This document shows positions 53,052 through 62,253 of a stretch of DNA of 64,000 bases, in pieces. This stretch comes from a virus, in IMG/VR virus record IMGVR_UViG_3300011921_000005, positions 4,354 to 68,353 of that record, one strand, 5' to 3'. Numbering within the stretch: the stretch's first letter is position 1; the number at the start of each line of letters is the position of its first letter. A model generated the notes under the pieces. That model was not told where the DNA came from. It saw nothing but the letters and a program-made list of their open reading frames with translations, and ran no database searches. Made by a program: the position numbers and the translations under genes.

Positions 53052-54941
53052 CTATCCGTATTGTTCTTGCCATTGTTCTGCAAAGGCATCATCTAAGTTA
53101 ACCGCAACGCGGGTATTCATTTGTGCCCTAGTAGCCCAACGGTTGTTAAGATACTGAGACGTTCTGCTTGCTTGTTGCATCAACTCACGTGCTCTAATTA
53201 CAGCAAACCACAAAGCCATGACGGTATCCGTCTTGCCTCTAGTCTCTGGTTTCCAGGTAAGTAACTGTTGAGTTAAAGCCTTTAGTCCTTCGCTGCCCTC
53301 TGATGAGGGTAGTTCAATAATGTGATTGCGTTGATGTTTGCCCTCGCGCTCCGTGCCAAAGAGGTTTGACATGGAGGCAACGCCGAAAGATGTGTCCCAC
53401 TTGTTCTTGCCTGTAAAGTGAGCATCAAGGCGTACGCCGTATTGAGCGAGCCAGTTTCGTAGTTCATCATCAAGCGCGTAGGCTTTCTGGTGCGCATTGA
53501 TTTCCACGCGGAACTCTTGTGGGTGATACTTCTGAACCAACTCTTCAATTGTTGCTCTAATCTTCTGGGGTGTTGGGTCTTCCATGTTGATACAATCCAA
53601 CACATAAATCTTGCCGTCAGCACGGTTGTAGTTAGTAACTACGAATGCGGAGTTACCAGTCATAGCAGGGTCAAAGCCAATAATGGTATAACCCTCTACC
53701 TGAGATGGATGTCCAGCAGCACCAGCCTTTAGCGGTCCTCGCTTGCGCATCCCATTGGTCGCTCCTTGCACGAGAACTGGCGGGAATATGCTGTCTTCCA
53801 TGATGTCTTCTTGTTGGTAGACCAACGCCCATGTTGATGGGGTGACTTCACTTCTTCGCTTGCTGAGGGCTTTGCCGTCCCACTTGGGGTAGAAACCATT
53901 TTCTTGAGGAGTATCATCATCCCCATCCCACGGGACGTCCGACTCTTTCCAGAGTGTAACCCAGTCTTCTGGTTTGTCGCTATACTCCAGTACAGCAGGC
54001 ATGCCCATATAAGTAAACGGAGTCTTGCCACCTGACCAATGCTTCGGATTACGAAGTTCTTTATATAAATCATTTGCTGCAATTCGCGTCCCCACGACTA
54101 GTAACTTACCGTTCTTACCCAAACGAGTAATAACTTCCTTCTGTAACCAGTCCAACTGCTTGTCCCACTCATGAGCGTTGGCTGTAGTTATACAGTCGTC
54201 CAAAATAATCAAGTCTGCGCGAGCGCCGTAAATCTGACCACCCATACCTAGTGCTTGAATGGTTGGGTCTTTTTCAGACGAGTTACGCGCATCACCCCCA
54301 AGATAGACGGTATCGGTACGCCAAGTATCTGCGTCCTGTTTCCAACCGCCCTCAGGACCATAAGCGGTCTGTAATTTGAGCCAGCGTGGATGGGACAATC
54401 GTTGCTTGATAGCGTATACGAACTCACGTGCCTTTGTAATCGTCTTTGATACCACAATGATGCGGATGTTGGGATTGAGGGCAATGCGGTAAGTCGGATA
54501 GTTCACCGTGACAACGGTGGACTTAGCGTGCTCAGGGGGCACGTTGATAAGTAGTCGGTTAGACTCCCCTGGCTCATATATAATATTAGGGTGTTGCCAT
54601 GATGGTTCGCGCCCCTCCAGAAGGTCAATCCAGTTCTGGTGGTGGGGGAAGACCGTCTGGTCAAAAAACATCTTGGAGAACTCCGCAAAGGGGATGGACT
54701 CCTTTTGGACACCGAGGGCATCAAAGGATTGTTTGTTTCCTTCTTCCTTAGCCTCTTCCAGCGCCGCCGCAAATAGTGGGTCTCTGACCATCCACTGACG
54801 GATGGTATCTGGCTTCTTGCCAATGGCAATCATAGCCGCCTGAGGGGAGACGCCCACCCTCACCTTTTCAAGTACCTGCTCTTTGGCTTGAGCCACACCC
54901 TTTGCTAGGTGGTGCTCCCCGCCTGATTTAAAACCTGACAT
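53052..54941 (-). CDS. terL: Terminase large subunit, phage Y, with N-terminal HTH-like extension
   Basis: PPEHAKST, LIILDD, IGFDPA, KTDTVMA. Confidence 0.92.
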   Translation of the reverse strand: MSGFKSGGEHHLAKGVAQAKEQVLEKVRVGVSPQAAMIAIGKKPDTIRQWMVRDPLFAAALEEAKEEGNKQSFDALGVQKESIPFAEFSKMFFDQTVFPHHQNWIDLLEGREPSWQHPNIIYEPGESNRLLINVPPEHAKSTVVTVNYPTYRIALNPNIRIIVVSKTITKAREFVYAIKQRLSHPRWLKLQTAYGPEGGWKQDADTWRTDTVYLGGDARNSSEKDPTIQALGMGGQIYGARADLIILDDCITTANAHEWDKQLDWLQKEVITRLGKNGKLLVVGTRIAANDLYKELRNPKHWSGGKTPFTYMGMPAVLEYSDKPEDWVTLWKESDVPWDGDDDTPQENGFYPKWDGKALSKRRSEVTPSTWALVYQQEDIMEDSIFPPVLVQGATNGMRKRGPLKAGAAGHPSQVEGYTIIGFDPAMTGNSAFVVTNYNRADGKIYVLDCINMEDPTPQKIRATIEELVQKYHPQEFRVEINAHQKAYALDDELRNWLAQYGVRLDAHFTGKNKWDTSFGVASMSNLFGTEREGKHQRNHIIELPSSEGSEGLKALTQQLLTWKPETRGKTDTVMALWFAVIRARELMQQASRTSQYLNNRWATRAQMNTRVAVNLDDAFAEQWQEQYG

Positions 54942-54960
54942 TCTTTGTCCCTTACATTAA

Positions 54961-55033
54961 TGGCGCCCCAGGAGGAATTGAACCCCTACCTCAGGGTACG
55001 TAACCCTGCGTTCTCTCCGTTAAACTATGAGGC
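54961..55033 (-). tRNA. tRNA-Arg(ACG), atypical
   Basis: D arm GTTT/GAAC with G18G19A20; anticodon arm CAGGG-TTACGTA-CCCTG; T loop TTCAATT; encoded CCA; 6-bp acceptor stem. Confidence 0.8.
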
Positions 55034-55961
55034 TATGTTGGATAGTTACTTCAATACGTTGGTCTCGTCAGACCAGTCGGGATACGAACCCTGTCCGCCC
55101 ACTACTCTTGATTTCGTGGGTATGCAAGCCTACACCTTTAACGTACCTTTTTACCACCAAGCAGATATTCCACTTTCTGCGAGAGGTGTGAGCCTCTGCT
55201 TGATGTCCAACAATTCTAAAATGGCAGACTATACCCGCCGTATAGAAGTATATCTGTACAACAGTATGTCACAGTATGAGGAAGGCTCTAAAAAGACTTC
55301 CGAATATAATTTACTGTACATATATACTTAATCCGTTCAAACTAACAAAACGAACTATTTAGCCATAACTATTTATAAAACAGCAGGTCAGATACTATAC
55401 TGGGGTCACTATATACAGAAATATTTATAGTCAGAGTTACCTACATATACAGGCGAACAGATTAAAACAGTAGGGGTCAAGACCCTACATGTTCTAATCT
55501 GAACAGACTGTCACTACTAGGCGTAGTCTGCGTAGAGATACTGTCTGTCGGGCTGTCGCCCCCTAAATAGATTTGTACTGACAGCCGTGCTGTATGTATA
55601 TATCTATTCAGGTTAAAGATTAAAAGACTAACTGCCTTGTCAGTGAGTCACGCATGCTGGCTGTGATACAGCGTGTCTAAAGCCACGCTCGGTATCTGCC
55701 AACCAGATGCGTTTATGTTTTAATCTATCAGTCGCCTGCATGGTAGCCCATGTGTCAAATCGGTCTATGTCTTTCCTATTCGGAAAGCCAATACTATCCC
55801 GATTGCTCTGCCCGCGGGGTGCAAGCACCCACGCGTGCTCGGCTGTCTAAAGCCATCCGCGCCCCCAGCCCAAGCATGGGCTGTGGTATGACATTCATAG
55901 GCTATCCAATTGGCGAACCGATAGATTGTCGGTGGAACTAACAAACTAAGGAGAGCACCAA

Positions 55962-56363
55962 ATGAACGAAGTAACATACACACAGGAAGACTCACTCACC
56001 ATCAGCAACGTCTGTCCTGAATGTATCGCGCAGGAGCAACTCTGTATTGACTGCGTGGAACTAGCAGACGCACGCCTCACAGACCGTGTATATGAGGCGG
56101 CGTCAGAAGGCAACCTTATGTACAAGTCCCAGTGGCTTGTGGAATCACAACCCAGCGGACATGACTGGACTGACCGAGAAGGGGAGTACAAGTTGCCTAT
56201 CGTCCAACTACAGGACGGAGGCGAACTTGACAACATCTGGTCACTTGATGACTACACACAGTCCCTACGTGAGGTAATATGCCACGCGTGTAACCTAGCC
56301 ACACCCAAGCAGTTCAACGACTGCCAGTGCTGCGACACACCATTGGAGGTGAATGTAAGATGA
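55962..56363 (+). CDS. Cys-rich early protein
   Basis: CPEC..C..C and CHAC..CQCC; SD AAGGAGAG. Confidence 0.65.
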   Translation: MNEVTYTQEDSLTISNVCPECIAQEQLCIDCVELADARLTDRVYEAASEGNLMYKSQWLVESQPSGHDWTDREGEYKLPIVQLQDGGELDNIWSLDDYTQSLREVICHACNLATPKQFNDCQCCDTPLEVNVR

Positions 56364-56526
56364 CTAACCCAGCAGACCTCGTACCAGAGGAAGAGTGTCC
56401 GTGCTTCTATGGTGGTTCCTGTCCAACAGACGGGGAACATCAGTAAGCACGTTACAGGTAGCCCTGTTGCCTACGGCAGGGCTACCTTCCACCATATATC
56501 AATCAACGAAACAAGGAGAGAAACAA

Positions 56527-56877
56527 ATGCAAAACGAAGTAACTATCACAGGTACAATCAAGAATGTCCGTCAGTTCACAGGTTCAAAGGGAACACTCGT
56601 AACTGGTTGGCTTAATCAGCGTGACTTCAGCCGTCTATCAGATGGTACAGCAGACCGCGCAGTGTACGTAACAGGCATCAATATCGTAGCGTTAGATGAC
56701 TCTACAGTTGGTGACTTGCTAGAACTAGATAAGATGCGTGCAGGTAACGAAGAGACCCAGACAGTGACGCTTAAGGGTCGTCTTATCACACGCTTTGACC
56801 GCCGACCAGACGTGGCAGAGGCAGCACGCCGAGCACCACAGTTGCAGTTGGAAGTCTTTGAGGTAAGCGTTAACTAA
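56527..56877 (+). CDS. Single-stranded DNA-binding-like OB-fold protein
   Basis: MQNEVTITGTIKN...VTLKGRL.T...QLEVFEV; start moved to ATG 56527 (SD CAAGGAGAG). Confidence 0.65.
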   Translation: MQNEVTITGTIKNVRQFTGSKGTLVTGWLNQRDFSRLSDGTADRAVYVTGINIVALDDSTVGDLLELDKMRAGNEETQTVTLKGRLITRFDRRPDVAEAARRAPQLQLEVFEVSVN

Positions 56878-56884
56878 CCGTTCA

Positions 56885-56933
56885 AGCAGGGAGGTGGGTG
56901 GCTCACGTAGTCACTCATCTCTCTGCTTTTTTT
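56885..56933 (+). terminator. Intrinsic terminator
   Basis: 19-bp stem AGCAGGGAGGTGGGTGGCT/AGTCACTCATCTCTCTGCT followed by a T-run. Confidence 0.9.
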
Positions 56934-57008
56934 ATTGTTCGGGGGCTTAAGGTAATCAAAAGCAACGGACAAGTCATCCATATCTATCATACCTAGCAAG
57001 GAGAGACC

Positions 57009-57188
57009 ATGTATTTTTCAGTACTAGATATAGCAGCAGTTATGATTGCGCTTACAGTATCAATCACATTGATACTGCTGACAGCACGGGCTAACCGTGA
57101 CCTGCTCAGACAAAACAGAAATCTGCGGGCGCAGAACAAGCGCCAGTCAGAACAATGCCGTAACTACCATAGCCCACGTCCGTTCTAA
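57009..57188 (+). CDS. Small membrane protein (59 aa)
   Basis: MYFSVLDIAAVMIALTVSITLILLTARANR...; SD CAAGGAGAG. Confidence 0.65.
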   Translation: MYFSVLDIAAVMIALTVSITLILLTARANRDLLRQNRNLRAQNKRQSEQCRNYHSPRPF

Positions 57189-57439
57189 TGAGCAATTGGA
57201 GAATGGATGATATGCGTGTAGGTTTAACTATTGTAGGTGAATACACAGTATCAACAGTTAAACTACGAAACAACCACGGTTGGGATACCATGCCATTATG
57301 GTATGAAACAATGATATTCCCAAAAGAAAGTATGTCAGAAGTATATATGGAGCGATATGCAACTGAAGAAGAAGCAGTAAAAGGACATGTGTATGCAATA
57401 GGGCATGCAACATCATTACAAAAAGGAGAGAACAAGTGA
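57188..57439 (+). CDS. Hypothetical early protein
   Basis: 83 aa; VSTV...WYETMIFP...ERY.TEEEA..GH. Confidence 0.65.
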   Translation: MSNWRMDDMRVGLTIVGEYTVSTVKLRNNHGWDTMPLWYETMIFPKESMSEVYMERYATEEEAVKGHVYAIGHATSLQKGENK

Positions 57440-57939
57440 CACTAACAATGACAATCAAAGAACACCTAGAAGAACTAGGTACACTAGTAGACAATCAAGA
57501 GCAGTCTGTCCAACGTGTAGGCGCACGCTTAGTTGAGCAGTACTTTGCATCATCAAGCACAGAACAAAATGCCGAAGTTGTAGTCAATGTCCTGTACTAT
57601 CTAACAGATATACAGGTACGTGACTACGCACTAGGCTTGATGAATAAGGACAAGGCAGATACACTTATACCTGCGCTTGCAAACTTAATTGAACATGCAC
57701 CAACAGATACGACATACATCAACGCACCAGCGGCTATACTTGCAGGGTTATACTACGAAGTAGGTAACACAGCAGATGCATTCCTTACCCTAAGTAATGC
57801 ACAACATAACTACTCGCTAGCAATCCTGTTGAACCGTGTGTTCAAGTCAGGTTGGGAGCCAGCATCATTCGCAGCAATGCGACAGGAACTACACCCTAAG
57901 GTAGTAGCGGGTATCTTTGGAGAGGAAACCAATGACTAA
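57436..57939 (+). CDS. DUF4192-like protein
   Basis: LTDIQVRDYALG...APAAILAGLYYEVGN...YSLA.LL; recognised from memory of the family, not searched. Confidence 0.6.
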   Translation: MTLTMTIKEHLEELGTLVDNQEQSVQRVGARLVEQYFASSSTEQNAEVVVNVLYYLTDIQVRDYALGLMNKDKADTLIPALANLIEHAPTDTTYINAPAAILAGLYYEVGNTADAFLTLSNAQHNYSLAILLNRVFKSGWEPASFAAMRQELHPKVVAGIFGEETND

Positions 57940-58174
57940 CTATGACGTACTATTTATGCACAACCATTTTGTACTGGTGACTACAGTTATGATGGAAGAA
58001 ACAGACGATAAAGAACTAATTGAATTGATTGCACTCAAGCGCTTGGCGGATGAGTACGGTGATGAGTTCTCTGAAATTGTCAAGTCATCCAAGCAAGTAA
58101 CTATTGAGTCAGTGCCAGGTACTAGTGTGCCTGAGCCAGGCGACCCAGAAGATGCAGGTATTGAACGTGACTAA
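57932..58174 (+). CDS. Hypothetical early protein
   Basis: Homologue of 18662..18838. Confidence 0.65.
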   Translation: MTNYDVLFMHNHFVLVTTVMMEETDDKELIELIALKRLADEYGDEFSEIVKSSKQVTIESVPGTSVPEPGDPEDAGIERD

Positions 58175-58368
58175 TGATGACGCCCGCTGTAGCCAATGCG
58201 GTACAGCGTGCGAGATATGCAACATGGAGGAAGATGATGAGTGAACCACAGTGGTTAGAAGGTGACGATTATGCACTGAAGGATGAGTGTGATGTATGCG
58301 GTAACTTTATACACTCATGTGAATGTGATAGTGGAGAACCTGACCGTATGTATGGAGACGAAGAGTAA
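58174..58368 (+). CDS. Small acidic early protein with Cys motif
   Basis: Shares MSEPQWL.GDD.AL with 19826..19939; adds CDVC...C.C. Confidence 0.6.
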   Translation: MMTPAVANAVQRARYATWRKMMSEPQWLEGDDYALKDECDVCGNFIHSCECDSGEPDRMYGDEE

Positions 58369-58377
58369 AGGACAAGT

Positions 58378-58818
58378 ATGCGACAGCAACTAGCACGGTA
58401 TATATCTATAGGCACTAGCCTTATGTTATCATTTGCTTCTTTAATTGGGATACCTGTTAAGGCTATTGCATTAAGCAATCAGCCACCGTTAGAACCAAAG
58501 AAAGAAGTTAAGTTAGTAGTACATGTGTGGAACAAGTTCACACTCAAGGCATATGCCAAAGCATATATAAAAGAAACTTATCCTAAGTGGGGACGCAATG
58601 AATGGTCAGCACTAAACAAGTTATGGGGTAAAGAATCTGCGTGGGACCACACGGCAGACAATCCACATTCATCAGCGTTTGGTGTAGCACAAGTACTTAA
58701 GACAGACCCTGAGACCCCAGCCCCCCTGCAAATTGCGAAGGGGCTGGAGTATATCGTTCACCGATACGACCTGCCATCAGTAGCATGGGCGCATTGGCGA
58801 AAGAACGGGTGGTACTAA
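58378..58818 (+). CDS. Lytic transglycosylase (SLT-like) with N-terminal anchor
   Basis: LWGKESAW, AFGVAQ, YIVHRY, GWY. Confidence 0.8.
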   Translation: MRQQLARYISIGTSLMLSFASLIGIPVKAIALSNQPPLEPKKEVKLVVHVWNKFTLKAYAKAYIKETYPKWGRNEWSALNKLWGKESAWDHTADNPHSSAFGVAQVLKTDPETPAPLQIAKGLEYIVHRYDLPSVAWAHWRKNGWY

Positions 58819-58979
58819 TGAACTACATAGTACAAGTAGAAGTATCAGTTGAAGCAGACAATGATGATGCTGCTTTATTCTGGGTACAAGATGCCGTACG
58901 AATGTACGGTGCAACAATGTCTATCCATAGGTGGATAGATACAAGGCTAGAAAGGGAGAGCAATGCTACAAATCAGTGA
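58818..58979 (+). CDS. Small hypothetical protein
   Basis: MNYIVQVEVSVEADNDDAA...; coupled. Confidence 0.55.
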   Translation: MNYIVQVEVSVEADNDDAALFWVQDAVRMYGATMSIHRWIDTRLERESNATNQ

Positions 58980-59988
58980 AGCATATCAAAGCAAATCAGT
59001 AGAAAAACTAAACAAACAAGCATGGGTACAGGCAGGCACTGCGGTTAACGCAGGGTCTGCATCAGAAGCAGCACGACAGGCTGGACTAGACTGGAACGTA
59101 ATGCTTGCAGATATGGAAGCAATTGTTTCCAATAAAGTTAATGAGTACGAGACATTGACTGACCATTATCCTGTACCTAAACGACAGGCTGTTATTAAAC
59201 TTGGCAAAGATAACAACAATGAAGTCATTGGTGTAGTCGGTGACAAGTACAAAATTGTACAAAACATGGAAGTATTTAGTGCGCTAGATACACTAGTTGA
59301 CTCAGGTGATGCACGCTATACGGCAGCAGGTGAGTACAACAACGGTGCTAACATCTGGATGGTAATGGAATTACCTATCGGAGTACAGGTAGCCAACGAC
59401 CCACACGCTGCATTCTTATTGGTGCAGTCATCACATGATGGTTCATGTGCAGTACGTATTCGCCCTATCATTGAGCGTTTATTCTGTGCTAATCAAATCA
59501 ACCGCATCATCAAGGGTAAACATAAGAATGATTACACCTATGTTATGAAGCACACTACTAACTCTGAGTTGTCGGTCAATGACATCCGCAACATCACGCA
59601 GTTAACTTATGATTCTATCCAGCAGTATGAAACAATTGCTGGCACATTACTAGAGCGCAAGGTAGATGACCAACAGGTACAGAATATTTTTAAGCGTGTA
59701 TGGGCATTGCCATCAGAGATTGAAGATGCACCAGAGCATCTACTATCACAAGGACAGCGCCGTCAACGTACCATTGCGCTTAATGGACGTGACTCTGCAT
59801 GGAATATCTACAGCCAGTCACATACACAAGAAAACATCAGAGGTACAGCCTTTGGTGTATGGCAAGCAGTGGTAGAACATGCAGACCACTATGCTTCTGG
59901 TGGCTCTGACCGCCGTGCAATCGCCACCATCAGCGGACGCAATGACCGTATCAAAGACAAAGCACTAGACCTAGTGCTTGCTAACTAA
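58963..59988 (+). CDS. DUF932-family (phage/plasmid-like) protein
   Basis: AGLDWNV, VGDKYKIVQN, SSHDGS, RLFCANQ, H.T, T.FG.WQAV.E.ADH. Confidence 0.85.
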   Translation: MLQISEAYQSKSVEKLNKQAWVQAGTAVNAGSASEAARQAGLDWNVMLADMEAIVSNKVNEYETLTDHYPVPKRQAVIKLGKDNNNEVIGVVGDKYKIVQNMEVFSALDTLVDSGDARYTAAGEYNNGANIWMVMELPIGVQVANDPHAAFLLVQSSHDGSCAVRIRPIIERLFCANQINRIIKGKHKNDYTYVMKHTTNSELSVNDIRNITQLTYDSIQQYETIAGTLLERKVDDQQVQNIFKRVWALPSEIEDAPEHLLSQGQRRQRTIALNGRDSAWNIYSQSHTQENIRGTAFGVWQAVVEHADHYASGGSDRRAIATISGRNDRIKDKALDLVLAN

Positions 59989-59996
59989 GGAGAGAC

Positions 59997-60431
59997 ATGT
60001 TCAATACAATCACAATCAATTCAGAAGTAGATGGTCAAGTAAACACAGTTACATATACTGAGACAGAAGTCTTGCACTTCAAGAAGAGAGCACAGGATAT
60101 AGATGCTATCGAACAAGCCAATGAAAACCAACGCAAACAACTCCGTGATTTACGTCATGAAGTCCGTGACTTTTTCAGTGAAGGTGAATGGTCAGACGGT
60201 GAGACAACATGCAACAAGAGTGACGTCAATGCATTACTCGAACGCATTGGTGCAGCCAAACTTACTACCAAGTACAACGGAACCTTTACAATCACAGGTT
60301 CATTTAGTATTGAAGTAGAAGATGAAGATGAGATTGAAGATATTATTACAGATAATACTGAAATCTCTAACTGGTCAGCCGACATGGATGTAGACCAGAT
60401 TGAAGTACATGATGTAGAAGAGGACAACTAA
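59997..60431 (+). CDS. Acidic hypothetical protein
   Basis: 144 aa; SD AAGGAGAG. Confidence 0.65.
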   Translation: MFNTITINSEVDGQVNTVTYTETEVLHFKKRAQDIDAIEQANENQRKQLRDLRHEVRDFFSEGEWSDGETTCNKSDVNALLERIGAAKLTTKYNGTFTITGSFSIEVEDEDEIEDIITDNTEISNWSADMDVDQIEVHDVEEDN

Positions 60432-60805
60432 TGTCCTCAGCCTACGTACCATACAACGGTACTGCTGGCTGGTCAGGTACGGATACATCTCAGCAGAGAG
60501 CGCTAGATAATATCCACTCTGGTCGGGAAGAAAACAACCAGCAAAAAGCGTTACACCTGTTAAAACATATGGGTAAACTAGGGCTAACTTGGAAAGAGTT
60601 AGCAACAGAAACAGGTTGGCATCACGGCACAGCAAGTGGCGTGTTGTCAGTACTGCACATGTCTGGTGCTATAGTACGTACATATACAACACGTAACAGA
60701 TGTAAAGTGTATGTGCACCAGAACTTTAAAGATGACGTTAAAGTAGAACCATATAAGAAACGAGAAAAACTTTGTCCGCATTGCGGGCATGACGTCAATG
60801 CATAG
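60431..60805 (+). CDS. Winged-HTH-like DNA-binding protein with C-terminal CxxC
   Basis: GLTWKELATETGWHHGTASGVLSVLH, CPHCG. Confidence 0.65.
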   Translation: MSSAYVPYNGTAGWSGTDTSQQRALDNIHSGREENNQQKALHLLKHMGKLGLTWKELATETGWHHGTASGVLSVLHMSGAIVRTYTTRNRCKVYVHQNFKDDVKVEPYKKREKLCPHCGHDVNA

Positions 60806-60815
60806 CCGTCACCTA

Positions 60816-60824
60816 TGCTATGAT
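60816..60824 (+). promoter_or_regulatory. Extended -10 promoter for the anti-RBS hairpin RNA (Y)
   Basis: TG-c-TATGAT, 6 nt before the hairpin stem. Confidence 0.6.
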
Positions 60825-60830
60825 GGGGAC

Positions 60831-60881
60831 AACCAGTGAGCGGTAGGTTTTGGCTCTCTCCTTGTCCTACCCTCACTGGTT
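60831..60881 (+). ncRNA. Hairpin with anti-RBS loop (Y)
   Basis: AACCAGTGAG/CTCACTGGTT plus GGTAGG/CCTACC; loop contains CTCTCTCCTTG, complementary to CAAGGAGAGA. Confidence 0.7.
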
Positions 60882-60900
60882 ACTTAATCTAAGGAGAAGC

Positions 60901-61671
60901 ATGGCAGAAGTAGAAATACCTAGAGATAGATACGGACGACCAATGGTTGTGCCACCTAAGGGTGGCAAGCCAGTACCGTATACACGTACCACTACAGTTG
61001 CAGGTTCGCTAGATGATGGCACTGCATTAGTAGCATGGAAGTTACGTATGGCAGCAGCAGGATTAACACTGCGACCTGACCTGTTGTTAGCAGCCAGTGC
61101 TGTAAGAGACAACAAGTTAGAGATGGACAAGTTAGTTGAAGATGCAATGGAAGCAGCAGGTGCAACCAAGCAAGCAACTATAGGTACAGCCATACATACA
61201 CTGACCGAGAAGCATGACAGAGGTATAGACTTAGGTGTAATCCCTGAAGATTATGTCGCTGACATACAAGCATATGACGCAGCAACTAAAGATTTTGAGA
61301 ATGTATTCATTGAACAGTTCTGTGTATTAGATAAGTTTAAAATAGCAGGCACGCCTGACCGTATCGTTAGATACAAAGGCGAGTTGTTTATTTCTGACCT
61401 CAAGACTGGTAGTATTTCCTACCCAAACAAGATTGCTATGCAGTTAGCAGTGTATGCAAACGGCTTGCCGTATGACCCTGCTACCGCAAGCCGTTCGTCT
61501 TGGGGAGATGTCAATACAGAAAAGGGAATTATTGTGCACTTGCCAGCAGGCAGTGGTGAATGTACCCTGCACTTTGTTGACATCAAAGAAGGATGGAAGG
61601 GTATCCAGTTAGCAATGAAGGTACGTGCTTTCAGAGATACCAAAAAGAAATTGGTAGAGAAACTTACGTGA
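60901..61671 (+). CDS. PD-(D/E)XK exonuclease
   Basis: IPRDRYGRP, AGTPDRI, SDLKTG, MQLAVYA. Confidence 0.8.
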   Translation: MAEVEIPRDRYGRPMVVPPKGGKPVPYTRTTTVAGSLDDGTALVAWKLRMAAAGLTLRPDLLLAASAVRDNKLEMDKLVEDAMEAAGATKQATIGTAIHTLTEKHDRGIDLGVIPEDYVADIQAYDAATKDFENVFIEQFCVLDKFKIAGTPDRIVRYKGELFISDLKTGSISYPNKIAMQLAVYANGLPYDPATASRSSWGDVNTEKGIIVHLPAGSGECTLHFVDIKEGWKGIQLAMKVRAFRDTKKKLVEKLT

Positions 61672-61782
61672 GGTTATGCACTAGTTGCATAGCCACAGAT
61701 GTTATACTCTATCGGTACGCAGAAACTAATACAGAATATGTATGCAGTTCTTGCGGGGTAATTACCACTATCAAGGAGAAAC

Positions 61783-62253
61783 ATGCACACAGAAGCACCA
61801 ATCAGTATCACCGTTAAATCACCAGCAGGTTCACTCATTACAGTTCGTGCGTCTAACGCAGAAGAACTAGACCAGACTGTTGCACTAACAGTCGCATCAC
61901 TTGCATCTGCAACTACAGAACTAGAAGCAGCAGTACGTGGTGCAGTAGCAGTTAATGCAGCAGTACCACCTAATCCTGTAGTAGGCATGCTTGCTACACA
62001 ACTAGGTGCAACTGTAATTGCAGAGACACCAGTACAAGCAGGACCACCAGCATTTGTATCGCCAGGTGCAGGCGCACGTCAGTGCCCACACGGTACAATG
62101 ACACGTATCCACGGACTAACAGGTAAGTTTGGTCCATACAAGGGACACTTCTGCCCAGCAAAGCAGGGAGACCCAACAAAATGTACAACAGTATATGTCA
62201 AGGCAAACACACCAGAGTTCGCCACATTCGTAGCCGACCAAACAAAGGCTTAA
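61783..62253 (+). CDS. Conserved replication-module protein with C-terminal zinc finger
   Basis: ITVRA..AEELD, CPHG.M...G...GPYKGHFCP; homologue of 26200..26622. Confidence 0.55.
   Translation: MHTEAPISITVKSPAGSLITVRASNAEELDQTVALTVASLASATTELEAAVRGAVAVNAAVPPNPVVGMLATQLGATVIAETPVQAGPPAFVSPGAGARQCPHGTMTRIHGLTGKFGPYKGHFCPAKQGDPTKCTTVYVKANTPEFATFVADQTKA

Noticed and set aside
55055-55125. CTGACGAG and CGAAA resembling a hammerhead core; GGGTTCGTATCCC resembling a tmRNA end; TGCAAGCC resembling a twister loop
   Set aside because: Elements are in the wrong order or lack the required stems; no acceptor stem pairing found.
54945-55331. 128-aa plus-strand ORF
   Set aside because: Lies antisense over the tRNA and structured leader; not protein-like.
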